Shown here: positions 32,800-45,598 of the stretch, in pieces
How the letters are laid out: every line of letters begins with the position of its first letter
Position numbering within the stretch: position 1 is the stretch's first letter
Source of the DNA: Chlorokybus atmophyticus
Lineage: Eukaryota > Plantae > Mesostigma and Chlorokybus algae
NCBI GenBank assembly: GCA_009103225.1
Contig: RHPI01000277.1
Coordinates: 141,633 to 205,632, forward strand
Direction: 5' to 3'
Length of the DNA stretch: 64,000 bases
Notes under the pieces: generated by a model
The model's input: the letters and a program-made list of their open reading frames with translations, nothing else
The model's database searches: none
Told to the model about the DNA's origin: nothing
Program-made: the position numbers and the translations under genes

Positions 32800-33080
32800 G
32801 ACTCATTATATCAAGTTGGGAGCTGATGCATATTTGCATGCATGCGATGTCCATATGAGAGAAAGTGATTATAAGACTAAGTGAGGCTAGTGACTTTATG
32901 AGTGATTGAATGAGTGGCTATGTGAGCGGGTGACTGAGTGCTCCAGCGAGTAATTGTGTGACTGACTTAAAGCTTGAGTGAGTGAGTGAATGACAGAGTA
33001 ACTGCCTGCAACGGCGTAAATGACTAGGAAACAGAATGAGTGGCTGCATGATAGTCATAACAGAGTGAGTGGCTAAATGT
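32800..33080. repeat. Degenerate (GAGT/GACT)n low-complexity tract
   Basis: Repeated gagtga/gactga words. Confidence 0.55.
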
Positions 33081-33362
33081 GTTTAACACAGTTGTGCGCG
33101 TGTGTGTGCAACACTTACCACGACCTCAAGCCTATGTTTCTAACCGTGACATCTATAGATGTACCAATCCGGGATGCTGCATCCTAGACTGGTACATGCA
33201 TGTTGTGGATGAGCGGCGCTCAGCCACAACACGTATGCCGTTGTATACGGCACACCTTGTGCTATTCTGCACGACCCCAATAGTTGATACCGTCGCCCAA
33301 TACCTATCGTCTACAAATATGTGCGAACGTGTTTGCAAAAACTGCCACCTCATGCTTGAATG

Positions 33363-33402
<40 letters not shown>

Positions 33403-33866
33403 CATTCAAGCATGGATATACGCATCGTGAGTGTTTCTACCTCGTGAGCCACATGATCGCTGCATAAGGAGTTTTATGTGCGGGTAAAATCACGCATATT
33501 CTAGTGCTATAGATGTGGTGGCATACATTGTCAAATATAATCAATCATATGCAATTCCGTCGCTAACGGTAATTGCCTCTCTCGCCAACATTAGCGATGT
33601 TGAAGTCAGCAAGTGAAGCCATTCTCCTTTACAGTAGCAATCGGCACATTTGCGGGAGGTATTGGCCAAATTGCAAATGATTAGTGATTAACTGTCAAGC
33701 ATTTTAGCCACTTTCTCGATGACTTCATTATCGTGCAAACAATTTACGTTGTTGCAAAACAGGTCTATTACCATAACACAGTGCATGTTAGAAGTGAAGG
33801 CTTGCACCATCAGCGCCGCAACAAGTAGGCACTATCGTGGAATATGTGTTGCCTAGGCACTTAAAC

Positions 33867-36800
33867 TGTGACGGTGCTCGTGCCTTGACACCTGTGAGTT
33901 GGTCCCATCAGCAACCCTCTCACCAAGACACGGTATTCACCCCGGAACCTTGCCCCCTCTGCCAAGCACACGCGCGCCCCGCCACTCGCGTACGCGCCAC
34001 GCGCATGCGCTCGAAGCTACACACCGACTTGTGTAGCGCCTTGAATCGTCTTACAAGCAAGCACACACCAGTGGACACACGCTAGCAACCCCTGCTAACC
34101 ACCACCAGGCTTGCACACGAAACTAGGGAGCTAAAGGTTGTATTGCATAAAGTGAAATGTCCTTTTTATACCTATCAGTCTACACATGCTACTATCCAAA
34201 CGTTTCTCGAGCTAAATGGAACCAAAAGCTAAGATATTCTTGTAGAACCTTGTAGTACACTTTTAGACCTTTTATAAGGAACTCCTCAAGAGATGCCCAT
34301 TTGGCAAAGTTATACTATTTGGCGCCAGGCCCTTCCAGAAATCTGGTTGAGTACTTCTCGATTGGCCCTCCGTTTTCTGCGGTCTTTTAGACCGGTCTTG
34401 GGGCCGGTCGATATCTGCAGCAGACTCACAACTCACCGACATCCGCCACAAGTCGTGAAAACATGTTACTTGACAAATAAGGCCAAAAAGGTCATGAAAT
34501 CATGATATTTGACATCGACTGTTACACTCCTCCCCCCCTAGGTGAGCTTTGACCTCGAAGCTTGCGAGGTTGTCCTAATCGTCGTTGCAGGTACGCTTGC
34601 AAACTTGTTGTGCATTCGCCAGGTGCTCCTCCGGTTCCAAGTGGCCTCATGCATAGGGTAGCCCTTCCACTTCACCAAGTATTTGCGCACGTTTCGCACC
34701 AGTTTCTCCCCCACAATGTCCTCCACGTCATATTCCACATGATTTTCTATAGCCAACTCCGGCGGTGGACGCAATGGTGGTTCTCCTTGATTTGGTTTCA
34801 GCAGGGATATATGAAAGACAGGGTGGATGTGCATAGTCTCAAGTAGTTGCAACTTGTACGCGACGTCCGAGATCACCTTGATGACTTTAAGTGGTTTAAA
34901 CCAGCATTTACTTAACTTGCAAACTCCAGCACGTACCTGCAAGTTCTTCGCAGAAAGCAATATCAAGTTACACCAAATTACGTTATCAAATGTAACGTGC
35001 CGGCAATGTGCGTCTGCGTACTGCTTCTGCCTGTTTTGCGCCATTAACAAAGCTTCTCTAGCTGCTTTATTGATGTCAGCACATGTCTTCAAGAAGTCAC
35101 CCCCCGCCTCAACATGCACATCTCCGTGTGGTACCCATGCTGTGGCAACGGCGTCAATGGATGCTGACCATAATTCATCAAGAAGGGGGTAACGCCGGTG
35201 CTTGCATTCTTGTGATTTTTCATTGCAAATTCCGCCACTTTGAGTAACTCCGCCCAATTATCTTGTTGCGTTTTTATGTAGCATCGTAGCATGTCTTCAA
35301 CCACGCGATCTGCACGCTCCGTTTGGCAGTCCATTTGCGGATGGAATGACGTGCTGAACTTTAATGCAGTGCATAACGCACTTTGCAGCGCCTCCCCAAA
35401 CTTACTTGTGAATCTTGGGTCGATCCGTCACGATACACCTTGGTAAGCCATGTGAGCGAAAGACATGCTTCAAAAACAATCGTGATGCCTCCGCTGCAAT
35501 GCAATCCTTGCGACATGGAGCTAAGCGCACCATTTTACTTGTTTTGTCCACGAACACCAGTGTTGCTTCATACCCGTCTCGTGTCTTTGGTAGTCCAACA
35601 ATAAAGTCCATAGTGACTTGCTCCTACTTGCATAATGGTATTTGTAGCAATTGAAGTAGCCCACCTGGCTTCTGGTTACTCGCCTTCACTCTTTGACAAG
35701 TGTCGCACAAGGCTACATAGTCGCACACGTCTCTATGCATCTCCCGCCAATAACAACGATGCTTCAAGCTTGCCAATGTCCTCTCTAGTCCTTGGTGTCC
35801 AGCAATGGGGACATCATGCGCTTCATGTATCAAACGTACCCTCATATGTTGAATGTTACGGATGTACATGCGCCCGTGGTGCCAAAGAAGTCCGTCCTTC
35901 ATTGCCCAGTGATCGGTTGCATTCGGACCCTTTTCGCTCAACTCTTGCATTTTGCATCTTCCTTCCACAGCTTCATGTAACACGCCCCGTATTTGGTCTA
36001 CCCACTCAGGCTGCACTTGCGCGAGCACCTCCATCGCATTCACTCGACACAATGCATCGGCCACACTATTGGACGTACCGGGCTTGTACTTGATGTCAAA
36101 GTCGAAAAGCTAAAAGAATCCCAACCAACGTGCTTATTTTAGACTTAAATGAAGCTGTATTTGTAAGTACCTCAATGGAGAATGATCCGTCTCAAGCACA
36201 AACTTCTTGCCTTTTAAGAAACAACGCCATTGTCGTAGTGCCATTACTTGCGCCAAGAGCTCCTTCTCCTGCACGGGGTAGTTTAGCTCCGCATCATTTT
36301 CTTGCTAGAGAACGCCACTCGTTGAAGGCCGTTGCCGTGGTCTTGCTGCAAAACAGCTCCTATAGTTGTGTCGGACGCGTCGTTAGCCATAACGAAGGGC
36401 TTTTGCATGTCAGGGTGAACCAAGACTGGTGCCTTTCTTAATGCCTGCTTTAACGTCAAAAATGCACGCTCTTTGCTTGCAGACCAGCTCCAAGGCTTTC
36501 CTTTCTTGAGAAGGGTGGTTAAGGATGCCGCGACATGCGAAAAATCCTCTAATGAACTTGCGATAAAAGCTAGCAAGGCCCAAAAATGACATCACCTCTT
36601 TTACATTGGTCGGGGCTGGCCAATCACGCATCGCTTGAACCTTGCTTGGGTCAAGCTGCATTCCCTCACGCGACACAATATGGCCAAGGTAAACCACCTC
36701 TTCAAGCAAGACCTTGCACTTCTCCAACTGAGCATACAACTTATGCTCCTTTAAACGCTGCAACACGCACCGTAGAAGTTGTATGTGCTCCTGTTTTGTC

Positions 36801-39800
36801 TTCGAAAACACTAAAATGTCGTCGATGAAGATGAGCACTCCCTTGCCAATCAAGTCAGCAAAGACTCCGTTCAGGCTTTAAAAAGTCGTTAGTGCGTCAA
36901 TAAGGCCAAAAGACATCACCACCAAGTCGTAGTGCCGTAACGTGTATTAATCGCAGTCTTTTCCACGTCCTCCGGTGCAATGCGGATCTGATGATTACCC
37001 CCGCAAGATCAAGTGTTGTAAAGTATTGCGCATCTTGTAGCTGCTCCAGCAACACAACAATTCGCGGTAGTGGAAAGCAATTCTTTTTGGTAATGTTGTT
37101 GAGAGCGCACATACATGCGCAGTCACCGTTCTTCTTCCTCACGAACAAGATAGGCGCACCATATAGCGACTTACAAGGCTGAATGTAGCCGCGCTTGAGC
37201 AAGTTCGCCACTTGTCGCTCCGCCTCTTCATGCTCCAAAGGTGACAACTTGTATACAGGCTGGTACGGTGGCTTGTGTACGCCCTTAAAAGCTCGATTAC
37301 ATGGTCTACATCTTTTGGAGGTGGTAGACCGGGTGGTAGCCCGTCCACCATGATGTCCTTGAACTTTTTCAAGAGTTCACGCACCTCGGGGTCTGATGTA
37401 GCCTCCGCATTACTAGCGGTCTGATGTGCTGTCTTGATCGCTTTCTTACGCACCACGCACAACCATGCATCTTTCGACTTTCGTGGGGATAGCAACTTTT
37501 TTAACTTCGCGTATGACTCTTGAGGAATTGCAGACATACCGGGCTGTTTACCTCTTCTGGAGTCCACTCCCGCAATGCTTGCATTTCCCTTTGCCGTGAT
37601 CGCCATGCGTCGTCCCGACGTAGCGGCACAACCGCCGATGCCGTCATCGCTGGGGTGGTCTTCAACTTCAATGGGGCAATCGCGTAAGCCATGTATGGTC
37701 TCTCCACGGATGGTGAGCACGTGTCGCCTCCAATCAATGCTTGTATTGTGTTTATGTAGCCACGGTAGACGCAAAACTCCATCGAACCCGTTCTTCAATG
37801 TGATGCAGCAAATGCACATACGCTCACTCACTGGACCAATGCGTACTTGCAACTCTTTGATCATGAATGACATTCCTTCAGCCCCGAAAAGGTTTTCTTC
37901 CATCAACGAGCCTTACTTCTCCTCCACGCAACGGCAAGAGCCATCAAAATCGCCGTGCAACAACTTCCGTCATGAAGTTGCTATTTGCTCCACTATAAAT
38001 CATCAACTTGCACTCTCTCCATCTTCCTCCACCGTCTCGAATGCGTGCTCGGACTCCTAAGTACTTTCGTGCTTCTTCACTAGCATAACTTACCACCGTT
38101 GGAGTATACATTGGTACCATGCCTCCGTGGCCATGAGTCTTCTCGCTTAAGCAACGTGTTGGACAGTCCGGGCATGCCTGAGGCTTCCCATCCTCAGTAG
38201 TAGCCTCTGCACCTACTGAGGGCAATCGTTTCCCTGCCGCACGCCTTTTTGCTCCATCACGTTCACGCTGTTGCGACGTATGTCTCGACCAGGCGCATCT
38301 CCTCGCGCTCTCCTTGGACAGTTGAAGGCTTTATATTCGGTAGAGTCACACACGTAACACTTACGCACAGCACCAGCTAAACGCCGCTCAGTAGACCTTC
38401 TCATACCCTTGCGCGCATTGATCGCACCCACCTCCATTGGTGTAGGTCTCGAGCTAGCCCCATGCTCATATGTGGGTGTAAAAGCCAACTCTCTGCCCCT
38501 CCAAGCACGCGCTCCGGTACCAGCTGTGACGGTGCTCGTGCCTTGTCACATGTGGGTTGGTCCAATCAACAACCCTCTCACTAAGACACGCTATTTACAC
38601 CAGAACCTTGCCCCCTCTGCCAAGCACATGCAAAGCCTTCTCGTGCCTGGTTGCTTGGCCCGCGTTGACGGTCACGCCTCCAATCAAAGTTTGATGTTGT
38701 TGTCTTGAAATACAACGCATCCAGGCGCTTCGCAATGTGTATCGCCTCTGCTAGCGTTTTGGGTCACGGAGCTCCACTTCCTTACGACAATAAAGCTTTA
38801 AACCACAGGTGTACCTGTCCAGCTGCTCCTCCTCGGTCATGTTGGGAATGGACATCACCAAACGCTGCAACGCAGCTGTGTACGCCATCACCGACTTGGT
38901 TTGCGTAAACGTTGCAAGTTGATCGCGCGCGGCCTTCACGCTTTCCACGGGAACAAATTGATGCCTGACCTCTGCTGTCAACTCTTGTAGACAATAGCGC
39001 CGCCAATCCACTTGTAACACGTGTACACCGATGCCTCCACCATACAAGCGCAGTCCTTCAAGCAACGTTGCCGCCACCTCTACATGTAGATGCGCGGGCA
39101 CCTCCGTAAGCTTCAGCCAAGAAGGCATTTTAAAGCCCCATTCATTTACTGCATCTCCATCTCATTGAGCCCTGAATAGCTTTGGCTTTGGCACCTTTAC
39201 ATGCACGCGCGAGCTCGACACCATGGGAACTTGTGCATGCGCCATCGCACGCTCGTACGCCTTTGTGCTTGTGCAGCCGCTTGCATGTAATAAAGCTCTT
39301 CTCGCAGTGCTAGGATTGCACCTTAAAGCTTCTTCACACGGACATCCTCCATCTCCACCAATACACTACACTCCGCTCTTAAAGTAAAAGTGTAAACGCT
39401 CACACTTCCTCTCTCTCACCTTAGTAAACCGAGCTCTGATACGAGTTGTGACGGTGCTCGTGCCTTGTCATTTGTTAGTTGGTCCAATCAACAACCCTCT
39501 CACCAAAACACGGTATTCACACCGGAACCTTGCCCCCTCTGTCAAGCACACACGCGCGCCACTCGTACGCGCCACGCGCATGCGCTCGAAGCTACACACC
39601 GACTTGTGTAGCGCCTTGAATCCTCTTACAAGCAAGCACACACCAGTGGACACACGCTAGCAACCCCTGCTAACCACCACCAGGCTTGCACACAAGAAAC
39701 TAGGGAGCTAAAGGTTGTATTGCACAAAGTAAAATGTCCTTTTTATACCTACCAGTCTGCACATGCTACTATCCAGATGTTTCTCGAGCTAGACGAAACC

Positions 39801-40102
39801 AAAAGCTAAGACATTCTTGTAGAATTTTGTAGTACACTTTTAGACCTTTCATAAGGAACTCCTCAAAAGATGCCCATTTGGCAAAGTTATACTTTTGGCG
39901 CCAGGCCCTTTCAGAAATCTGGTTGAGTACTTCTCCACTGGCCCTCCGTTTTTTGGCGTCTTTTAGACTGATCCTAGGGCTGGTCGATATCTGCGGCACA
40001 CTCACAACTCACCGACATCCGCCACAAGTCATGAAAACATGTCACTTGACAAATACGGCCAAAAAGGTCATGAAATCATAAAATTTGACATTGACTACTA
40101 CA
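33867..40102 (-). mobile_element. Ty3/Gypsy chromovirus-type LTR retrotransposon, near full length, degenerate
   Basis: LTRs at 39447-40102 and 33867-34526 (TG...CA). PBS-like TCGTATCAGAGCTC (39444-39431, tRNA-iMet type with one mismatch). PPT GGGGGGGAGGAG (34538-34527). Order is gag (EEEQLDRYTCGLK; degenerate CCHC), PR (LMIYSGANSNFM), RT (YGAPILFVRKKNG; FIDDILVFS), RNaseH (NDASDTTIGAVLQQ), IN (HDVPIAGHQG..CDTCQR; MDFIVGLPKT), chromodomain (EYDVEDIV..YLVKWKGYP..EATW). Many stops and frameshifts. Confidence 0.96.
38525..38628 (-). repeat. 104-bp LTR 3'-end fragment inside gag
   Basis: TGTGACGGTGCTCGTGCCTTG...CCCCCTCTGCCAAGCACA matches the LTR end at 33867 and 39447. Confidence 0.9.
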
Positions 40103-40345
40103 CTTGGGGTGGAGGTTAAGGTTAAGGTCGAAGTTAAGATTGAGATTGAGGTTGATGCTGAAGAAGGAACTTGAATTTGGATAGAGTGAGGATGAAGGTG
40201 GGTTGAGATTGATGTTAAGGTCGTGAGGTTGAGCTGAGGGTTGCGGTTGGCTCAACTTGGAGTTGGGGTTGAAAATTGAGGTTAGGGTTGGGGTTGAATT
40301 GAAAGTTGGGGCTAAGGTTATGGTTGAAGGTCGAAGTTTCAATTC
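40103..40345. repeat. Degenerate GGTTGA/GGTTAA hexamer satellite (reverse complement of 42316-43020)
   Basis: Runs such as ggttgagattgaggttgatg and ggttagggttggggttg. Confidence 0.8.
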
Positions 40346-40426
40346 ACATTAGCATTGTGCGTGTTTGAATTCGCCTCATATAATATATGAAGATACTACG
40401 CGCACGTATTGCGGAGTTGACGTGTA

Positions 40427-42315
40427 TGTAACAGTCGACGTCATATTTTATGATTTTATGGCCTTCTATGCCTTATTTGTCAAGGATCATGTTTTCATAA
40501 CTTGCGGCGGATGTCGGTGATTGTGAGTCTGCCGTAAATATCAACCGGCTTATGGATCGGTCTAGGAAACGCCAGAAAACGGAGGGCCTGTCGAGAAGGA
40601 CTCGACCAGATTTCTGGAAGGGCCTGGCGCTAAATAGTATAAATTTAGCCATATGGGCATCTTTTAAGAAGCTCCATGACGCGAGGATTGCACTGCACCG
40701 GAGGCAGCACGATTGTTTTTAAAGCATGACTTTCGCTCGCATGGCTTACTGAAGAGCATCGTAACGGATCGCGACCCAAGATTCACAAGTAAGTTTGGGG
40801 AGGCGCTGCACAGTGCGTTAGGCACTACATTAAAGTTCAGCACGTTATTCCATCCGCAAACGGATGGCCAAACGGAGCGCGCAAATTGCGCGATTGAAGA
40901 CATGCTGCGATGCTACGTGAACGCACGACAAGTTAATTGGGCGGAATTACTGAAAATGGCGAAATTCGCAACACCTACAAGAATGCAATGCACCGACGTT
41001 ACCCCCTTCCTAATGAATTACGGTCAGCATCATTGACGCCATTGCCACAGCATTGGTACCACACATAGATGTGCATGTCGAAGCAGCGGGTGACTTCTTG
41101 AAGACATGTGCTGACATCACCAAAGCGGCTAGAGAAGCTTTGTTAATGGCGCAAAATAGGTTGAAGCAGTACGCAGACGCACATTGCCGGCACATTACAT
41201 TTGATAACGTGACATGGTGTAACTTGGTATTGCTTTCTGCAAAGAACTTGCAGGTACATGGTGCAAGTTAAGTGAACGCTGGCTTGGACCATTTAAAGTC
41301 ATCAAGGTGATCTCGGACGTCGCGTACAAGTTGCAACTACCTGAGACTATGCACATCCACGCTGTCTTTCATATATCCATGCTGAAACCATATCGAGGAG
41401 AACCACCATTGCGTCCACCTGAGTTGGCTACAGAAAATCATGTGGAATATGACGTGGAGGACATTGTGGGGGAGAAACTGGTGCGAAACGTGCGCAAATA
41501 CTTAATGAAGTGGAAGGGCTACCCTATGCATGAGGCCACTTGGAACCGGAGGAGCACCTGGCGAATGCACAACAAGTTTGCAAGCGTACCTGCAACGACG
41601 ATAAGGACAACCTCGCGAGCTTCGAGGTCAAAGCTCACCTAGGGGGGGAGGAGTGTAACAGTCGACGTCAAATATCATGATTTCATGACCTTTTAGGCCT
41701 TATTTGTCAAGTAACATGTTTTCACGACTTGTGGCGGATGTCGGTGAGTTGTGAGTCTGCTGCAGATATCGGCTGGCCCCAGAACCGGTCTAGAAGACGC
41801 CAGAAAACGGAAGGCCAGTCGAGAAGTGCTCAACCAGATTTCTGGGCCTGGCGCCAAATAGTAATAACTTTGCTAAATGGGCAGTATTTTGAGGAGTTCC
41901 TTGGTGCGTAGGAAAGGTCTAAAGGTGTACTACAAGGTTCTACAAGAATATCTTAGCTTCTGATTCCATTTAGCTCGAGCAACGTCTGGACAGTAGCATG
42001 TGCAGAGTGGTAGGTACAAAAAGAACATTTCACTTTGTGCAATACAACCTTTAGCTCCCTAGTTTGTGTGCAAGCCTGGTGGTGGTTAGCAGGGGTTGCT
42101 AGCGCGTGTCCACTAGCGTGTGCTTGCTTGTGCGACGATCCAAGGCGCTACGCAATTCGGTGTGTAGCTTCGAGCGCATGCGCGTGCGTACGCGAGTGGC
42201 GGGGCGCGCGTGTGTGCTTGGCAGAGGGGGCAAGGTTCCGGTGTGAATACCGTATTTGGTGAGAAGGATGTTGACTGGACTAACTCACATGTGTCAAGGC
42301 ACGAGCACCGTCACA
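40427..42315 (+). mobile_element. Internally deleted copy of the same Ty3/Gypsy chromovirus family
   Basis: Partial 5' LTR 40427-~40675 fused directly to the integrase core (FLKHDFRSHGLLKSIVTDRDPRF..QTDGQTERAN), then chromodomain, PPT GGGGGGGAGGAG (41642-41653) and a full 3' LTR at 41654-42315. Confidence 0.95.
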
Positions 42316-43020
42316 CCAACCTTAAACCGAATATCACCCTCATCGACAGACACTTAACAACAACCTCAACCCACCCTTACCCTCGCTCCAGCGTAACTTA
42401 GATCTCTAGCCCTAACCCTAACCCCAATCCTATTTAAATTCAACTCAAAACACTTTAATAAGCACGCTCATTGTTTCATCCCAACGTAAATCTTAACCCC
42501 AAACTCAACTTCTACCTCAACTTCAAAACCAACCCTTACTGAGGTGGCACCCTCATTGCCAGAATTAAAGTTAACATTAACATCAACCCATCCTTAACCT
42601 CACTCTAATAAAACCCATTATAAACATAAAACACCTTGGTAAGCATGCTCAATGTTTCAACCCAACCCGAATCTCAACCCTAAACGCAACTACAACCTCA
42701 ACCTCCAACCCAACCCTTTTTGAGGTGGCAACCTCATTATCAAAAAATAAACATTAACCTCAACCCACCCTCGACCTCGCACCATCCAAACCCAAAATAA
42801 ACATAAAACACCTCAATAAGCACGTTCAATATTTAATCCCAACCTTAATGTCAACCTCAGACTTAAGCTTCAACCTCAGCCTTAACCTTAACCCTCACCC
42901 CAACCTCAAACCCAACCCTCACCCTCACCCTCAATAGCATCATCGTCCTTACACTCTTTCTAACCATTAAATTGAACTTTGTTTCAATCCTCACGTAACC
43001 TTAACCTTAACCTAAATCTG
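42316..43020. repeat. Telomere-like degenerate hexamer (CTCAAC/CTTAAC/CCTAAC) satellite with ~180-bp higher-order period
   Basis: Anchor AAAACAC(T/C)T..TAAGCA(C/T)G(C/T)TCA recurs at 42447, 42628 and 42805. TGAGGTGGCA.CCTCATT recurs near 42540 and 42720. Confidence 0.8.
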
Positions 43021-44961
43021 TGACGACATGCAGTCATGTGCAACATAATGCACTTAGAATCATGTGTCTGCACAACACTATTATGATTCGTTACTACAAT
43101 GCACGCATTTATTAAACCCTTAACTGTGCATATAAGAGGCGGGTCAGGATTAGCTATTTAATGATGACGGATGCAATCTATAATGCATGTGAGCAATGCC
43201 TACCGGCAAAAAGAACCGAACGCGTGATAATACATTAACGGAATTAAAAAGTATCATAACATCTACGGGTCATTAGGATAGTTTGCTGCATGCTTGACCA
43301 CTTTACGCATTATAGCTTGTAGCAATTATAATTGTAGCTATCACAACATGTATGTGCCACATGCATTGGCATCTGGGCATGCTGTAGTTAACTTGGTGTG
43401 AACTTCCATGAACTCGCACAAAAGAAAGCTTTGAGAAAAAGGATATATTTTTAAGCTATTTGTATACGTAGTGATAATCTAACAATGAACGCATTGTGAT
43501 TGTACCTCAAGTTGAAAGCAGCCTCTCGTCATCTATGCGGTTGAATATTTAAAGTAGCCCGGCCGGCTACCGCTTTCTTGCTTTAAAACCGTACATGGAC
43601 CTATTTGCACGTATGATATCGTAATATTGTCACATGATAACATTGTTGCCTTAACCACTAAGCCATTGTAGCTAAAGTTGCCGCCATAAGGGGAGCCACA
43701 CATGTCTCATATATGCCCCATCCCATATATGTTACACACAACTACATACAAATGGTCGTGCTCAAAAACATAAGCAATCGTTATACATCGCCAACATTGT
43801 TGTATACATATGTACAACAATTTATAGTGCATCATATGATGCGTCCCTGTTTAGACCAATGTAGCGTCACCGTTCCTATGCTACAGCTTCTTACTTTCTC
43901 CCTTCTTTTCGATATGGCTTCTTTCCCCCTTCACCCCTGTCTGTTCTCTTCATATTTGCATCCAGCCTTCATGATGGTTGGCAAACATTGCTAAAGCTTA
44001 GTATGGCGTGTGAAGCACAATATTGAGTTGTCACATGTGGTGAAAGAGAACTTGTCGTCAGCTGCCAGTTGGGCTGAGAGATTATCGGATGAGGTCACCT
44101 TTACAGCTAGCTTGTGTGGCTAAATGACTTAATGATGCTTAGGGTGCGTAATACAATGAATCATGCAATGATTAAAAAGCAGCGAAAACGGGTACATAAG
44201 ATTAAATGTTGATAGCAGTATTTAACAAAATCCGGGGAGTCATGGTGCCCACTATTGCGAGGCAGTTGCATTATGTGATGATTACGATTGTGTCTACACC
44301 GTAAACTTTACGGCGTGTAGGAAACCGTGGGCGACATGGTCGTCGGTAACTTCATATATGCGCTTTTTCAACTTGCATGCGATCGTGCTATCGTTGTTAC
44401 GATTGCTACAAGCCTTCCCCTTAATCTTACTTAGCTTAATCAATTGTGTTCCCACAATATTCTCGCATATCATGCTTTGTTGACCATGTACATTGATTGA
44501 GCGTCTTTAGCAAGATAGGTAACTTATCTTGCTAAGGACGCTCACCACCAAGTCTGAATGTGTTTCAGGACTTGAAAGCACCCTTAAGTAGGGTGCTGAG
44601 GAGGTTATATGTACTTGTGAGTTGCGGCTTCTCTACTCTCTCTTCCTGTCTCATTACCCAAAGTTACTCATCCCTTTCCACTCGCAGATTATGCAATTCC
44701 TACTTGTTGTGAGTGTATTTGTTTATATACATTTTGAGTGTGCATGCAAAGCTTATTGTCACCTCTGCCTTTAAGTCTTGCTGACATTTGAATTTTATGT
44801 GCTATACCAGCCTTACTTCCTCACCCTTGGCAAATACATTGTGAGTGCAAAGGCCAAGGAGCTCAAAACGGAGCCCACGTTGACTTTGGTAGAAGCGGCA
44901 CTGTCTAAGCAAGCCATCCAATTATGTAGTATATATCGACATTGAAGTTACATGTGCCCTA

Positions 44962-45001
44962 ATTACCTTCCGAGGCACCTCGAGGTGCCTCGGAAGGTAA
45001 T
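44962..45001. repeat. Perfect 40-bp loop-less palindrome
   Basis: ATTACCTTCCGAGGCACCTC|GAGGTGCCTCGGAAGGTAAT. Confidence 0.95.
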
Positions 45002-45598
45002 AGGTTCAATGCCTCCAAGAGCGGTCGCAAGGCCCAAAGAGCTCTTTGGGGCCTTAAGACACCTTTCGGCCTTTATGGACCTGGAATCAGCGAAATATAG
45101 CCCAGAAGCGTGCCACCGTTGCACAATGACCAACGTGACATTAACAAACAAGGTGCATGCGTATGCATACCAACTTGGTTAAACTTAGCGAGCAGATAAT
45201 GCATTAATACGCAATTTGCAACATGCACATATGCACCTGGCGTCATTGGTTATATGCTTGATGTGAGCAGGTATCGCACAAGTGGACGTAGCCGGGCAAG
45301 TGGCATACTATAGCTACCTTAGCATTTTAGGGGTTTGGAGAATCGCGATTGCGTTTTACTCGCACAATATGCACTTAACGCGTGCTTTGTTGGTATGTCT
45401 GAGTGCTAGCAACAAGCTTGTAAATGTTATACACCCCATTGTGTGTCGAACCGCCATGGCACTTACCCAATGCGGAAAGGAAACAAGGAGCGACATCATC
45501 ACATGAAATACAATGACGGTCATCAAGCATAAAGCAAACCACTCAAACATTAACATGTGTAACATAAGGTTATGTTTGAATCCCTCCCCCCCCCCCCC

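Noticed and set aside
31600-32800. DNA transposon with AACCG/GGTT and CGGAAGG subterminal motifs
   Set aside because: Motifs recur, but no paired TIRs, TSD or transposase fragment were found.
33361-33402. (AT)n tracts (also ~18680-18720)
   Set aside because: Ordinary short microsatellites with no further structure.
42316-43020. CRISPR array or true telomere
   Set aside because: Eukaryotic context with no repeat-spacer structure. The hexamers are degenerate and interstitial.
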